This document shows, in pieces, positions 25,051-38,111 of a stretch of DNA of 48,971 nt; position 1 is the stretch's first letter; every line of letters starts with the position of its first letter. The position numbers and the translations under genes were made by a program. Source of the DNA: Nemertoderma westbladi (taxonomy: Eukaryota > Animalia > Xenacoelomorpha); contig JAUCBJ010004784.1 of NCBI GenBank assembly GCA_032718475.1, positions 1 through 48,971 on the forward strand. The letters run 5' to 3'. The notes under the pieces were generated by a model that made no database searches, was not told the DNA's origin, and saw only the letters and a program-made list of their open reading frames with translations.

Positions 25051-25490
25051 CTAACAAAGATTTCTGCGTCGCAATTACGGGAATTAAATAAAGTGCAATT
25101 TATATACGACCATCAGGATGAATCACCATTGTATACGGACCCAGACACTTTGCAGAACTTGGTCATTCGGAGGTGATTGGTCCACTCATTGGTGGACCTG
25201 ATAAGCAAAATCGGTAAAATAGATGTTACGCGAGGTTTAACAGTGACATTTTGGGAGGAGCCTGGATGCGATAATGGTGGGCTAAGGCGTGATTTGTTCA
25301 GTACTGTAATTGGACAGATATTGGAGTCATCACTCTTCATTGCTATTGATGGCTATATTGTACCTTGTGTGTCGGATATTTCCAAAGTTTCGAATGGAAC
25401 ATTTCATGAAGTGGGGAAAATCATTGGCTTTACTCTTAAACATGGCCAACAGTTATGTTGCATTTTGCACCCCATTATTTCTCGCGAAAT
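25051..25490 (+). pseudogene. HECT E3 ubiquitin ligase N-lobe fragment (G2E3-like)
   Basis: VIRR*...LTVTFWEEPGCDNGGLRRDLF...FHEVGKIIGFTLKHG resembles the HECT pattern VxR..LxVxFxGExGxDxGGxxRExF..FxxxG. In-frame TGA at 25174; cut off by the satellite. Confidence 0.75.
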
Positions 25491-27452
25491 AAATCATTTT
25501 ATCGCAATTTAATTAATTTTATCGCGATTTAATTAATTTTATCGCGATTTAATTAATTTTATCACGAAATAAATCATTTTTATCGCGATTTAATTAATTT
25601 TATCGCGATTTAATTAATTTTATCACGAAATAAATCATTTTTATCGCGATTTAATTAATTTTATCGCGATTTAATTAATTTTATCACGAAATAAATCATT
25701 TAATACGAGTAAATCATTTTTATCGCGATTTAATAAATTTTGTCACGATTTAATTAATTTTATCGCGATTTAATTAATTTTATCGCGATTTAATTAATTT
25801 TATCACGAAATAAATCATTTTTATCGCGATTTAATTAATTTTATCGCGAACTAAATCATTTTTATCCCGATTTAATTAATTTTATCGCGATTTAATTGAT
25901 TTTATCGCGAATAAATCATTTTTATCGCGATTTAATAAATTTTGTCGCGATTTAATTAATTTTATCGCGATTTAATTAATTTTATCACGAGATAAATCAT
26001 TTTTATCGCGATTTAATTAATTTTTTCGCGATTTAATTAATTTTATCACGAAATAAATCATTTTTATCGCGATTTAATTAATTTTATCGCGAACTAAATC
26101 ATTTTTATCGCGATTTAATTAATTTTATCGCGATTTAATTGTTTTTATCGCGAATAAATCATTTTTATCGCGATTTAATAAATTTTGTCGCGATTTAATT
26201 AATTTTATCGCGATTTAATTAATTTTATCACGAGATAAATCATTTTTATCGCGATTTAATTAATTTTTTCGCGATTTAATTAATTTTATCGCGATTTAAT
26301 TAATTTTATTACGAGATAAATCATTTTTATCGCGATTTAATTAATTTTATCGCGATTTAATTAATTTTATCGCGATTTAATTAATTTTATCACGAGATAA
26401 ATCATTTTTATCGCGATTTAATTAATTTTTTCGCGATTTAATTAATTTTATCGCGATATAATTAATTTTATCGCGAAATAAATCATTTTTATCGCGATTT
26501 GATTAATTTTATCGCGATTTAATTAATTTTATCGCGATTTAATAAATTTTATTACGAGATAAATCATTTTTATCGCGATGTAAATAATTTTATCGCGATT
26601 TAATTAATTTTATCGCGATTTAATTAATTTTATCGCGATTTAATTAATTTTATCGCGAAATAAATCATTTTTATCGCGATTTAATTAATTTTATCGCGAT
26701 TTAATTAATTTTATCATGAAATAAATCATTTTTATCGCGATTTAATTAATTTTATCGCGATTTAATTAATTTTATCGCGATTTAATTAATTTTATCGCGA
26801 TTTAATTAATTTTATCGCGATTTAATTAATTTTATCGCGATTTAATTAATTATATTACGAGATAAATCATTTTTATCGCGATTTAATTAATTTTATCGCG
26901 ATTAAATGAATTTTATCGCGATTTAATTAATTTTATCACGAGATAAATCATTTTTATCGCGATTTAATTAATTTTTTCGCGATTTAATTAATTTTATCGC
27001 GATTTAATTAATTTTATCGCGAAATAAATCATTTTTATCGCGATTTGATAAATTTTATCGCGATTTAATTAATTTTATCGAGATTTAATTAATTTTATCG
27101 CGAAATAAATCATTTTTATCGCGATTTAATTAATTTTATCATGAAATAAATCATTTTTATCGCGATTTAATTAATTTTATCATGAAATAAATCATTTTTA
27201 TCGCGATTTAATTAATTTTATCGCGATTTAATTAATTTTATCGCAATTTAATTAATTTTATCGCGAAATAAATCATTTTATCGCGATTTAATTAATTTTA
27301 TCATGAAATAAATCATTTTTATCGCGATTTAATTAATTTTATCGCGATTTAATTAATTTTATCGCGATTTAATTAATTTTATCGCGAAATAAATCATTTT
27401 ATCGCGATTTAATTAATTTTATCTCGATTTAATTAATTTTATCGCGATTTAA
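25476..27452. repeat. 20/21-bp satellite, roughly 95-100 units
   Basis: TTTTATCGCGATTTAATTAA interspersed with TTTTATCRCGARATAAATCAT. Confidence 0.97.
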
Positions 27453-27812
27453 ATAACATAATTATATTGAAGCAATAAAATATCGAATAAAAATACCAAA
27501 TGTATGCCATAATTCCTGGTGAATGAATTTTAGTAATAATGTAAGCCTTCAACTGTAGTACTGCAGTAATTGGTGTAATTAAAATCATGAGAGGGAAACG
27601 TAGGTATTTTTGTTACAGCTGACGGTATCTGTAACCATCCATAATTGAAATAAAGGGAATGTAAAATCTACCAGTTTTCTGTAAATTGTGCACTGCATTT
27701 CCACTATTTTACTATGTTTCACCATGTTTATTATATTACCATAACAAACACAAATGGTAAACCTTCTGTATTGTTTACATTATTACATTGTATATTTATA
27801 TTCATTGATTCA

Positions 27813-28445
27813 TCATTTTTTACATCTAATGGGTTCCATATCGGGGAATATTGTCGGCGAGCCGTAGTAGACCCATCGGAATAATTTACCTACAGAGGAT
27901 TCCAAATATTTGATATTTTCGCGAGTAAATCCAGTCCTTCTGGATATGGGACAGATTCGATCTCCGAAATACAACCGAGACCAAACATGGCACGTGTACT
28001 GGTTGTTTGTCCAGTCCCAATCGTTACACATTAACTTCTTCCAATCGCCCGTCCGGGGCGCTATTAGAGTTTCGTAGGTTAAATTAATTAAATCTGGTCT
28101 TAATTTAGCCATTTTTAATTGTTGAACCACAGAATTACATCCCCAGCAGTTGTCGTTAAATGTATTCTCGTAAGAATTATAAAATTCTAGTAAGAACTGA
28201 CTGTCCTTCCTCGCAAATATGATACCTGTTGCTATAGAAACAGAGAGAGCTCGTCCAGCAGTGTAGTTATAGTAACGAATAGGGTTGAGGTCTCGAAGAG
28301 ATATGACGTCGAAGTCCAAATAAACCCCGCCGTGCTCGAGAAGTACTTGGAGTCTAGCCACATCCGCCTGGTGCACAACGGAATTAATCTTCTGGTTAAA
28401 CACAGTCTGCGGAGGGTCTCTCAGTTTCGTCTCCAATTTCGGTAC
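27813..28445 (-). CDS. Exon 2 (catalytic) of GT32 alpha-1,4-glycosyltransferase, paralog B
   Basis: Acceptor TTTCTTAG|GTACCG at 28446/28445, phase 0, continues exon 1 in frame (EIKHK|VPKLETK). ADVARLQVLLEHGGVYLDFDV DXD motif; TGA at 27815-27813. Confidence 0.9.
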   Translation of the reverse strand, partial: VPKLETKLRDPPQTVFNQKINSVVHQADVARLQVLLEHGGVYLDFDVISLRDLNPIRYYNYTAGRALSVSIATGIIFARKDSQFLLEFYNSYENTFNDNCWGCNSVVQQLKMAKLRPDLINLTYETLIAPRTGDWKKLMCNDWDWTNNQYTCHVWSRLYFGDRICPISRRTGFTRENIKYLESSVGKLFRWVYYGSPTIFPDMEPIRCKK

Positions 28446-28757
28446 CTAAGAAATAGGATGATATTATTATTTGTTTTTTTTTAGGACAGATGGTGCGATT
28501 ATTATTTCAGTTGTTTATCGAAATAATCAAATTTATGAAGTTATTGTAATTTGATTGTAATAAGTATTAGCAGGTGTCATCCGCAACTGTGAATGTTGTT
28601 GCCGGATATCTGCTAGAATCTTTGAATTAATTCCCTCAATCAGTCTCCGTAGCACAAGTATCTGATCTATTGTTGATATATTTCGTCTATCCGTTTTAGC
28701 TCTTACGCAGCATTTTCTCTACGTCAGGTCTAATTATATATAGAATCATTTTCTTGT

Positions 28758-29572
28758 ATATTGATCCACAGTTTACACATACACGTATCACCACGAGTGC
28801 ATTGATCCACAGTTTGCACATACACGTATCACCACGAGTGCATTGATCCACAGTTTACACATACACGTATCATCACGAGTGTATTGATCCACAGTTTACA
28901 CATACACGTATCACCACGAGTGCATTGATCCACAGTTTGCACATACACGTATCACCACGAGTGCATTGATCCACAGTTTACACATACACGTATCACCACG
29001 AGTGCATTGATCCACAGTTTGCACATACACGTATCACCACGAGTGCATTGATCCACAGTTTACACATACACGTATCACCACGAGTGCATTGATCCACAGT
29101 TTGCATATACACGTATCACCACGAGTGCATTGATCCACAGTTTGCACATACATGTATCACCACGAGTGCATTGATCCACAGTTTACACATACACGTATCA
29201 CCACGAGTGTATTGATCCACAGTTTACACATACACGTATCACCACGAGTGCATTGATCCACAGTTTACACATACACGTATCACCACGAGTGTATTGATCC
29301 ACAGTTTACACATACACGTATCACCACGAGTGTATTGATCCACAGTTTACACATACACGTATCACCACGAGTGCATTGATCCACAGTTTACACATACACG
29401 TATCACCACGAGTGTATTGATCCACAGTTTACACATACACGTATCACCACGAGTGCATTGATCCACAGTTGCACATACACGTATCACCACGAGTGCATTG
29501 ATCCACAGTTTGCACATACACGTATCACCATGAGTGCATTGATCCACAGTTTACACATACACGTATCATCAC
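28758..29572. repeat. 41-bp intronic minisatellite, about 20 copies
   Basis: TTGATCCACAGTTTRCACATACACGTATCACCACGAGTGYA in tandem. Confidence 0.97.
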
Positions 29573-29865
29573 TTCCATTTTACACATTTTTACACGCCAA
29601 ACACTTTTAATATAGTATTAATTGTAATGATTGACTGAAAAAGGTTTACAGCACGGTGGCCTATCACTATGGAAAGTGATTTACATGTCATAGAAATTCG
29701 AATTGAGACAATTACCTACGACTTGTACGTTAAATGTACTGAACTGCCTGAACAAAGTCTTTAAAAATAACTCGCGAAGATTTTTTTCGTTATATAGATA
29801 TAGCGAACTAAACATCATGCACATAATTATAAGACAGTCGCCACTAAGTATACTGCTAAATATAC

Positions 29866-30486
29866 CTTGTGTTTGATCTCATCCCAATTATCACCTTCCG
29901 GTTCACGGTTTGTGTGCAGCCATATTCTCTCCATACCGGCGTTCTTATGAGCCGAGAGGATGGCGAGAAGATGGTCGAACTGAATATCGTATGGTTTATC
30001 TGTGTCGACGACGAACCAAATAAAATGAATAACAGCTGGGACGACGAGTTCCTTTTCCGGCCCCAACGTTGTCACCAAGTCTGTTGGACCCGGTTTGCTT
30101 ACTGGCATTCTCATATCTATTATATCTGTGGAATAAATGGATCCTGATCCTGGGAATGTCCTATAAACAGTAGGTTCTTTTACAGTAACTGTTGAAGTCG
30201 TTGATACATTTATCGTTGACACTTCCTCTAGAACTACACTTATACTTGTGTCATCAGTAAGATCTGAAACAAGCCTTTCGGTGTATCTCGTATTCATTTT
30301 TCTTTGATGTTCAGTCCGTTCTCCAATTTTGTCCATTTTTGGTGTGTATTCGATAATTCGAAATTTTGCCATATTAATGGATTGTATATTGGTTCCCAGA
30401 ACATTGTCAATTTCAACTCTGAAGACACCAATTAATAAACATAAGCACGCTAGTATTGGAAACCAAACAAATCTCCGAGATATCAT
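29866..30486 (-). CDS. Exon 1 of GT32 alpha-1,4-glycosyltransferase, paralog B (A4GNT/A4GALT-like type II membrane protein)
   Basis: ATG at 30486, TM helix, stem, VPAVIHFIWF; donor AAG|GT at 29866/29865; spliced product about 417 aa. Confidence 0.88.
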
Positions 30487-31140
30487 TGTTAATGGCAAAA
30501 TAAGTTGCAATTATTTATCTCAACCGGAGACAGAGAAGTAATGCTATAAATATGGTATACAGTGTTAGATATGTTATTCATGTACAGTATTAGCAATGGG
30601 GTCCTATACAATTATTTGTGCTGGCCCTTAACCTATTCACATCTATGTCAGCCCCCTGGATTGGACTAACACCGTGGCAGGTATCAATATTTTAACGATT
30701 TTTATACAGTATCATTCAGGGATGTTCATTGATGAAACAATTTATGATAGGATATCAAATACGCGTTTCTGTTTGGCTGGTGGACTGGGCTGATCGTTGT
30801 GAGAGGACCCATGATATTGGCAAATAATTTTTATAAATAATATATCAGGACGTTTTATCAAAATTGGAAAAAATGTGGAAGGCAGGATGTCACTTGATCC
30901 AGCGGTATGTACATGTATACCTTACGCTTTCAGGCTACTACTACTACTACTACTATCGGTATTCTGCATTATGTGTCACCATCAGCAGTTTAGACACAAA
31001 TGTTGGGGAACCATCGTAGAGTGATCTTAAAGCCGCAATAATTTCTACAGGAATCCCATATAATAATAATAAAAATATTATTTATTTTTGATAAAGCAGG
31101 CGCCTTTATGGGAAAGATTATCCTTATCAAGGCGCCTGGT

Positions 31141-31191
31141 GGACGTTAGGACAATTGCGACCCGGGCAATTGCGACCCGGACAATTGCGAC
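31141..31191 (+). mobile_element. Orphan terminus related to the Mutator/Foldback-like element
   Basis: GGACGTTAGGACAATTGCGACCC with three 15-bp units, similar to GGATGTAGGACAATTCGGTCCC at 1546. Confidence 0.5.
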
Positions 31192-31198
31192 TGGTACA

Positions 31199-34100
31199 CT
31201 GTAACGTAAGTAGAGAATCGACATTACTTCACCCGTAGTGTAACGTAAGTAGAGAATCGACTTTACTTCACCCGTAGTGTAACGTAAGTAGAGAATCGAC
31301 ATTACTTCACCCGTATTGTAACGTAAGTAGAGAATCGACATTACTTCACCCGTATTGTAACCTAAGTATAGAGAATCGACATTACTTTACCCGTAGTGTA
31401 ACGTAAGTAGAGAATCGACATTACTTCACCCGTAGTGTAACGTAAGTAGAGAATCGACTTTACTTCACCCGTAGTGTAACGTAAGTAGAGAATCGACATT
31501 ACTTCACCCGTAGTGTAACGTAAGTAGAGAATCGACATTACTTCACCCGTAGTGTAACGTAAGTAGAGAATCGACATTACTTCACCCGTAGTGTAACGTA
31601 AGTAGAGAATCGACATTACTTCACCCGTAGTGTAACAATAGTAGAGAATCGACATTACTTCACCCGTAGTGTAACGTAAGTAGAGAATCGACATTACTTC
31701 ACCCGTAGTGTAACAATAGTAGAGAATCGACATTACTTCACCTGTAGTGTAACAATAGTAGAGAATCGACATTACTTCACCCGTAGTGTAACGTAAGAAG
31801 AGCATCGACATTACTTCACCCGTAGTTTAACGTAGGTAGAGAATCGACTTTACTTCACCCGTTGTGTAACGTAAGTAGAGAATCGACATTACTTCACCCG
31901 TAGTGTAACATAAGTAGAGAATCGACATTACTTCACCCGTAGTGTAACATAAGTAGAGAATCGACATTACTTCACCCGTAGTGTAACATAAGTAGAGAAT
32001 CGACATTACTTCACCCGTAGTGTAACATAAGTAGAGAATCGACATTACTTCACCCGTAGTGTAACATAAGTAGAGAATCGACATTACTTCACCCGTAGTG
32101 TAACATAAGTTGAGAATCAACATTACTTCACCCGTAGTGTAACGTAAGCAAAGAATCGACATTACTTCACCCGTAGTGTAACGTAAGTAGAGAATCGACA
32201 ATACTTCACCCGTAGTGTAACGTAAGCAGAGAATCGACATTACTTCACCCGTAGTGTAAAATAAGTAGAGAATCGACAATACTTCACCCGTAGTGTAACG
32301 TAAGCAGAGAATCGACATTACTTCAGCCGTAATGTAACGTAAGTAGAGAATCGACAATACTTCACCCGTAGTGTAACGTAAGCAGAGAATCGACATTACT
32401 TCACCCGTAGTGTAACATAAGTTGAGAATCAACATTACTTCACCCGTAGTGTAACGTAAGTAGAGAATCGATACTTCACCCGTAGTGTAACGTAAGTAGA
32501 GAATCGACAATACTTCACCCGTAGTGTAACGTAAGCAGAGAATCGACATTACTTCACCCGTAGTGTAACGTAAGTAGAGAATCAACATTACTTCACCTGT
32601 AGTGTAACATAAGTAGAGAATCGACAATACTTCACCCGTAGTGTAACGTAAGCAGAGAATCGACATTACTTCACCCGTAGTGTAACATAAGTAGAGAATC
32701 GACAATACTTCACCCGTAGTGTAACGTAAGCAGAGAATCGACATTACTTCACCCGTAGTGTAACATAAGTTGAGAATCAACATTACTTCACCCGTAGTGT
32801 AACGTAAGTAGAGAATCGATACTTCACCCGTAGTGTAACGTAAGTAGAGAATCGACAATACTTCACCCGTAGTGTAACGTAAGCAGAGAATCGACATTAC
32901 TTCACCCGTAGTGTAACATAAGTTGAGAATCAACATTACTTCACCCGTAGTGTAACGTAAGTAGAGAATCGATACTTCACCCGTAGTGTAACGTAAGTAG
33001 AGAATCGACAATACTTCACCCGTAGTGTAACGTAAGCAGAGAATCGACATTACTTCACCCGTAGTGTAACGTAAGTAGAGAATCGACATTACTTCACCCG
33101 TAGTGTAACGTAAGCAGAGAATCGACATTACTTCACCCGTAGTGTAACGTAAGCAGAGAATCGACATTACTTCACCCGTAGTGTAACGTAAGCAGAGAAT
33201 CGACATTACTTCACCCGTAGTGTAACGTAAGCAGAGAATCGACATTACTTCACCCGTAGTGTAACGTAAGCAGAGAATCGACATTACTTCACCCGTAGTG
33301 TAACGTAAGCAGAGAATCGACATTACTTCACCCGTAGTGTAACGTAAGCAGAGAATCGACAATACTTCACCCGTAGTGTAACGTAAGCAGAGAATCGACA
33401 TTACTTCACCCGTATTGTAACGTAAGCAGAGAATCGACATTACTTCACCCGTAGTGTAACGTAAGCAGAGAATCGACATTACTTCACCCGTAGTGTAACG
33501 TAAGCAGAGAATCGACAATACTTCACCCGTAGTGTAACGTAAGCAGAGAATCGACATTACTTCACCCGTAGTGTAACGTAAATAGAGAATCGACAATACT
33601 TCACCCGTAGTGTAACGTAAGCAGAGAATCGACATTACTTCACCCGTATTGTAACGTAAGTAGAGAATCGACAATACTTCACCCGTAGTGTAACGTAAGT
33701 AGAGAATCGATATTACTTCACCCGTAGTGTAACGTAAGTAGAGAATCGACAATACTTCACCCGTAGTGTAACGTAAGCAGAGAATCGACATTACTTCACC
33801 CGTAGTGTAACGTAAGTAGAGAATCGACAATACTTCACCCGTAGTGTAACGTAAGCAGAGAATCGACATTACTTCACCCGTAGTGTAACGTAAGCAGAGA
33901 ATCGACATTACTTCACCCGTAGTGTAACGTAAGCAGAGAATCGACATTACTTCACCCGTAGTGTAACGTAAGTAGAGAATCGACAATACTTCACCCGTAG
34001 TGTAACGTAAGCAGAGAATCGACATTACTTCACCCGTAGTGTAACGTAAGCAGAGAATCGACATTACTTCACCCGTAGTGTAACGTAAGTAGAGAATCGA

Positions 34101-37100
34101 CAATACTTCACCCGTAGTGTAACGTAAGTAGAGAATCGATATTACTTCACCCGTAGTGTAACGTAAGTAGAGAATCGACAATACTTCACCCGTAGTGTAA
34201 CGTAAGCAGAGAATCGACATTACTTCACCCGTAGTGTAACATAAGTAGAGAATCGACAATACTTCACCCGTAGTGTAACGTAAGTAGAGAATCGATATTA
34301 CTTCACCCGTAGTGTAACGTAAGTAGAGAATCGACAATACTTCACCCGTATTGTAACGTAAGTAGAGAATCGACATTACTTCACCCGTAGTGTAACGTAA
34401 GTAGAGAATCGACAATACTTCACCCGTAGTGTAACGTAAGCAGAGAATCGACATTACTTCACCCGTAGTGTAACATAAGTAGAGAATCGACAATACTTCA
34501 CCCGTAGTGTAACGTAAGCAGAGAATCGACATTACTTCACCCGTAGTGTAACGTAAGTAGAGAATCGACAATACTTCACCCGTAGTGTAACGTAAGCAGA
34601 GAATCGACATTACTTCACCCGTAGTGTAACGTAAGTAGAGAATCGACATTACTTCACCCGTAGTGTAACATAAGTAGAGAATCGATACTTCACCCGTAGT
34701 GTAACGTAAGTAGAGAATCGACAATACTTCACCCGTAGTGTAACGTAAGCAGAGAATCGACATTACTTCACCCGTAGTGTAACATAAGTTGAGAATCGAT
34801 ACTTCACCCGTAGTGTAACGTAAGTAGAGAATCGACAATACTTCACCCGTAGTGTAACGTAAGCAGAGAATCGACATTACTTCACCCGTAGTGTAACGTA
34901 AGTAGAGAATCAACATTACTTCACCTGTAGTGTAACATAAGTAGAGAATCGACAATACTTCACCCGTAGTGTAACGTAAGCAGAGAATCGACATTACTTC
35001 ACCCGTAGTGTAACATAAGTTGAGAATCAACATTACTTCACCCGTAGTGTAACGTAAGTAGAGAATCGACAATACTTCACCCGTAGTGTAACGTAAGCAG
35101 AGAATCGACATTACTTCAGCCGTAATGTAACGTAAGTAGAGAATCGACAATACTTCACCCGTAGTGTAACGTAAGTAGAGAATCGACATTACTTCACCCG
35201 TAGTGTAACGTAAGTAGAGAATCGACATTACTTCACCCGTAGTGTAACGTAAGTAGAGAATCGACATTACTTCACCCGTAGTGTAACGTAAGTAGAGAAT
35301 CGACATTACTTCACCCGTAGTGTAACATAAGTTGAGAATCAACATTACTTCACCCGTAGTGTAACGTAAGCAGAGAATCGACATTACTTCAGCCGTAATG
35401 TAACGTAAGTAGAGAATCGACATTACTTCACCCATAGTGTAACGTAAGTAGATAATCGACATTACTTCACCCGTAGTGTAACGTAAGTAGAGAATCGACA
35501 TTACTTCAGCCGTAGTGTAACGTAAGTAGAGAATCGACAATACTTCACCCGTAGTGTAACGTAAGTAGAGAATCGACAATACTTCACCCGTAGTGTAACG
35601 TAAGCAGAGAATCAACATTACTTCACCCGTAGTGTAACATAAGTTGAGAATCAACATTACTTCACCCGTAGTGTAACGTAAGTAGAGAATCGACATTACT
35701 TCACCCGTAGTGTAACGTAAGTAGAGAATCGACATTACTTCACCCGTAGTGTAACATAAGTTGAGAATCAACATTACTTCACCCGTAGTGTAACGTAAGT
35801 AGAGAATCGACATTACTTCACCCGTAGTGTGACGTAAGTAGAGAATCGACATTACTTCACCCGTAGTGTAACATAAGTTGAGAATCAACATTACTTCACC
35901 CGTAGTGTAACGTAAGCAGAGAATCGACATTACTTCAGCCGTAATGTAACGTAAGTAGAGAATCGACATTACTTCACCCATAGTGTAACGTAAGTAGATA
36001 ATCGACATTACTTCACCCGTAGTGTAACGTAAGTAGAGAATCGACATTACTTCAGCCGTAGTGTAACGTAAGTAGAGAATCGACAATACTTCACCCGTAG
36101 TGTAACGTAAGTAGAGAATCGACAATACTTCACCCGTAGTGTAACGTAAGCAGAGAATCAACATTACTTCACCCGTAGTGTAACATAAGTTGAGAATCAA
36201 CATTACTTCACCCGTAGTGTAACGTAAGCAGAGAATCGACATTACTTCAGCCGTAATGTAACGTAAGTAGAGAATCGACATTACTTCACCCGTAGTGTAA
36301 CATAAGTTGAGAATCAACATTACTTCACCCGTAGTGTAACGTAAGCAGAGAATCGACATTACTTCAGCCGTAATGTAACGTAAGTAGAGAATCGACATTA
36401 CTTCAGCCGTAGTGTAACGTAAGTAGAGAATCGACATTACTTCACCCGTAGTGTAACGTAAGTAGAGAATCGACAATACTTCACCCGTAGTGTAACGTAA
36501 GCAGAGAATCAACATTACTTCACCCGTAGTGTAACATAAGTTGAGAATCAACATTACTTCACCCGTAGTGTAACGTAAGTAGAGAATCGACATTACTTCA
36601 GCCGTAATGTAACGTAAGTAGAGAATCGACATTACTTCAGCCGTAGTGTAACGTAAGCAGAGAATCGACATTACTTCACCCGTAGTGTAACGTAAGTAGA
36701 GAATCGACATTACTTCACCCGTAGTGTAACGTAAGTAGAGAATCGACATTACTTCAGCCGTAGTGTAACGTAAGCAGAGAATCGACATTACTTCACCCGT
36801 AGTGTAACGTAAGTAGAGAATCGACATTACTTCACCCATAGTGTAACGTAAGTAGATAATCGACATTACTTCACCCGTAGTGTAACGTAAGTAGAGAATC
36901 GACATTACTTCAGCCGTAGTGTAACGTAAGTAGAGAATCGACAATACTTCACCCGTAGTGTAACGTAAGTAGAGAATCGACAATACTTCACCCGTAGTGT
37001 AACGTAAGCAGAGAATCAACATTACTTCACCCGTAGTGTAACATAAGTTGAGAATCAACATTACTTCACCCGTAGTGTAACGTAAGCAGAGAATCGACAT

Positions 37101-38049
37101 TACTTCAGCCGTAATGTAACGTAAGTAGAGAATCGACATTACTTCACCCGTAGTGTAACATAAGTTGAGAATCAACATTACTTCACCCGTAGTGTAACGT
37201 AAGCAGAGAATCGACATTACTTCAGCCGTAATGTAACGTAAGTAGAGAATCGACATTACTTCAGCCGTAGTGTAACGTAAGTAGAGAATCGACATTACTT
37301 CAGCCGTAGTGTAACGTAAGTAGAGAATCGACATTACTTCACCCGTAGTGTAACGTAAGTAGAGAATCGACAATACTTCACCCGTAGTGTAACGTAAGCA
37401 GAGAATCAACATTACTTCACCCGTAGTGTAACATAAGTTGAGAATCAACATTACTTCACCCGTAGTGTAACGTAAGTAGAGAATCGACATTACTTCAGCC
37501 GTAGTGTAACGTAAGCAGAGAATCGACATTACTTCACCCGTAGTGTAACGTAAGTAGAGAATCGACATTACTTCACCCATAGTGTAACGTAAGTAGATAA
37601 TCGACATTACTTCACCCGTAGTGTAACGTAAGTAGAGAATCGACATTACTTCAGCCGTAGTGTAACGTAAGTAGAGAATCGACAATACTTCACCCGTAGT
37701 GTAACGTAAGTAGAGAATCGACAATACTTCACCCGTAGTGTAACGTAAGCAGAGAATCAACATTACTTCACCCGTAGTGTAACATAAGTTGAGAATCAAC
37801 ATTACTTCACCCGTAGTGTAACGTAAGCAGAGAATCGACATTACTTCAGCCGTAATGTAACATAAGTAGAGAATCGACATTACTTCACCCGTAGTGTAAC
37901 GTAAGTAGAGAATCGACAATACTTCACCCGTAGTGTAACGTAAGCAGAGAATCGACATTACTTCAGCCGTAATGTAACGTAAGTAGAGAATCGACATTAC
38001 TTCAGCCGTAGTGTAACGTAGGTAGAGAATCGACATTACTTCAGCCGTA
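31199..38049. repeat. 39-bp satellite array, about 175 copies
   Basis: Unit GTAGTGTAACGTAAGTAGAGAATCGACATTACTTCACCC with recurring variants and no unique spacers. Confidence 0.98.
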
Positions 38050-38059
38050 CCTTCAGACT

Positions 38060-38111
38060 GGTAAAAAGCTAGGCCTACTGGTGAGGCCCGATAGGCTGAA
38101 ACGGCACCGTA
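38060..38111 (+). ncRNA. Degenerate hammerhead ribozyme-like core
   Basis: CTGGTGA (A-to-G change in CUGAUGA)-GGCC cgata GGCT-GAAA-CGG CA CCG-TA; 3' strand of stem I missing; tail 38190-38250 resembles 46656-46716. Confidence 0.5.

Larger units (their letters stand above)
24961..27481. mobile_element. Unit bounded by inverted repeats of about 72 bp, containing a HECT fragment and a satellite
   Basis: About 24961-25033 is the reverse complement of about 27409-27481 with one mismatch; no TSD recognised. Confidence 0.6.

Noticed and set aside
31199-38049. CRISPR array (also considered for the 41-bp and 20-bp arrays)
   Set aside because: Units are contiguous with no unique spacers, there are no cas genes, and the context is eukaryotic.
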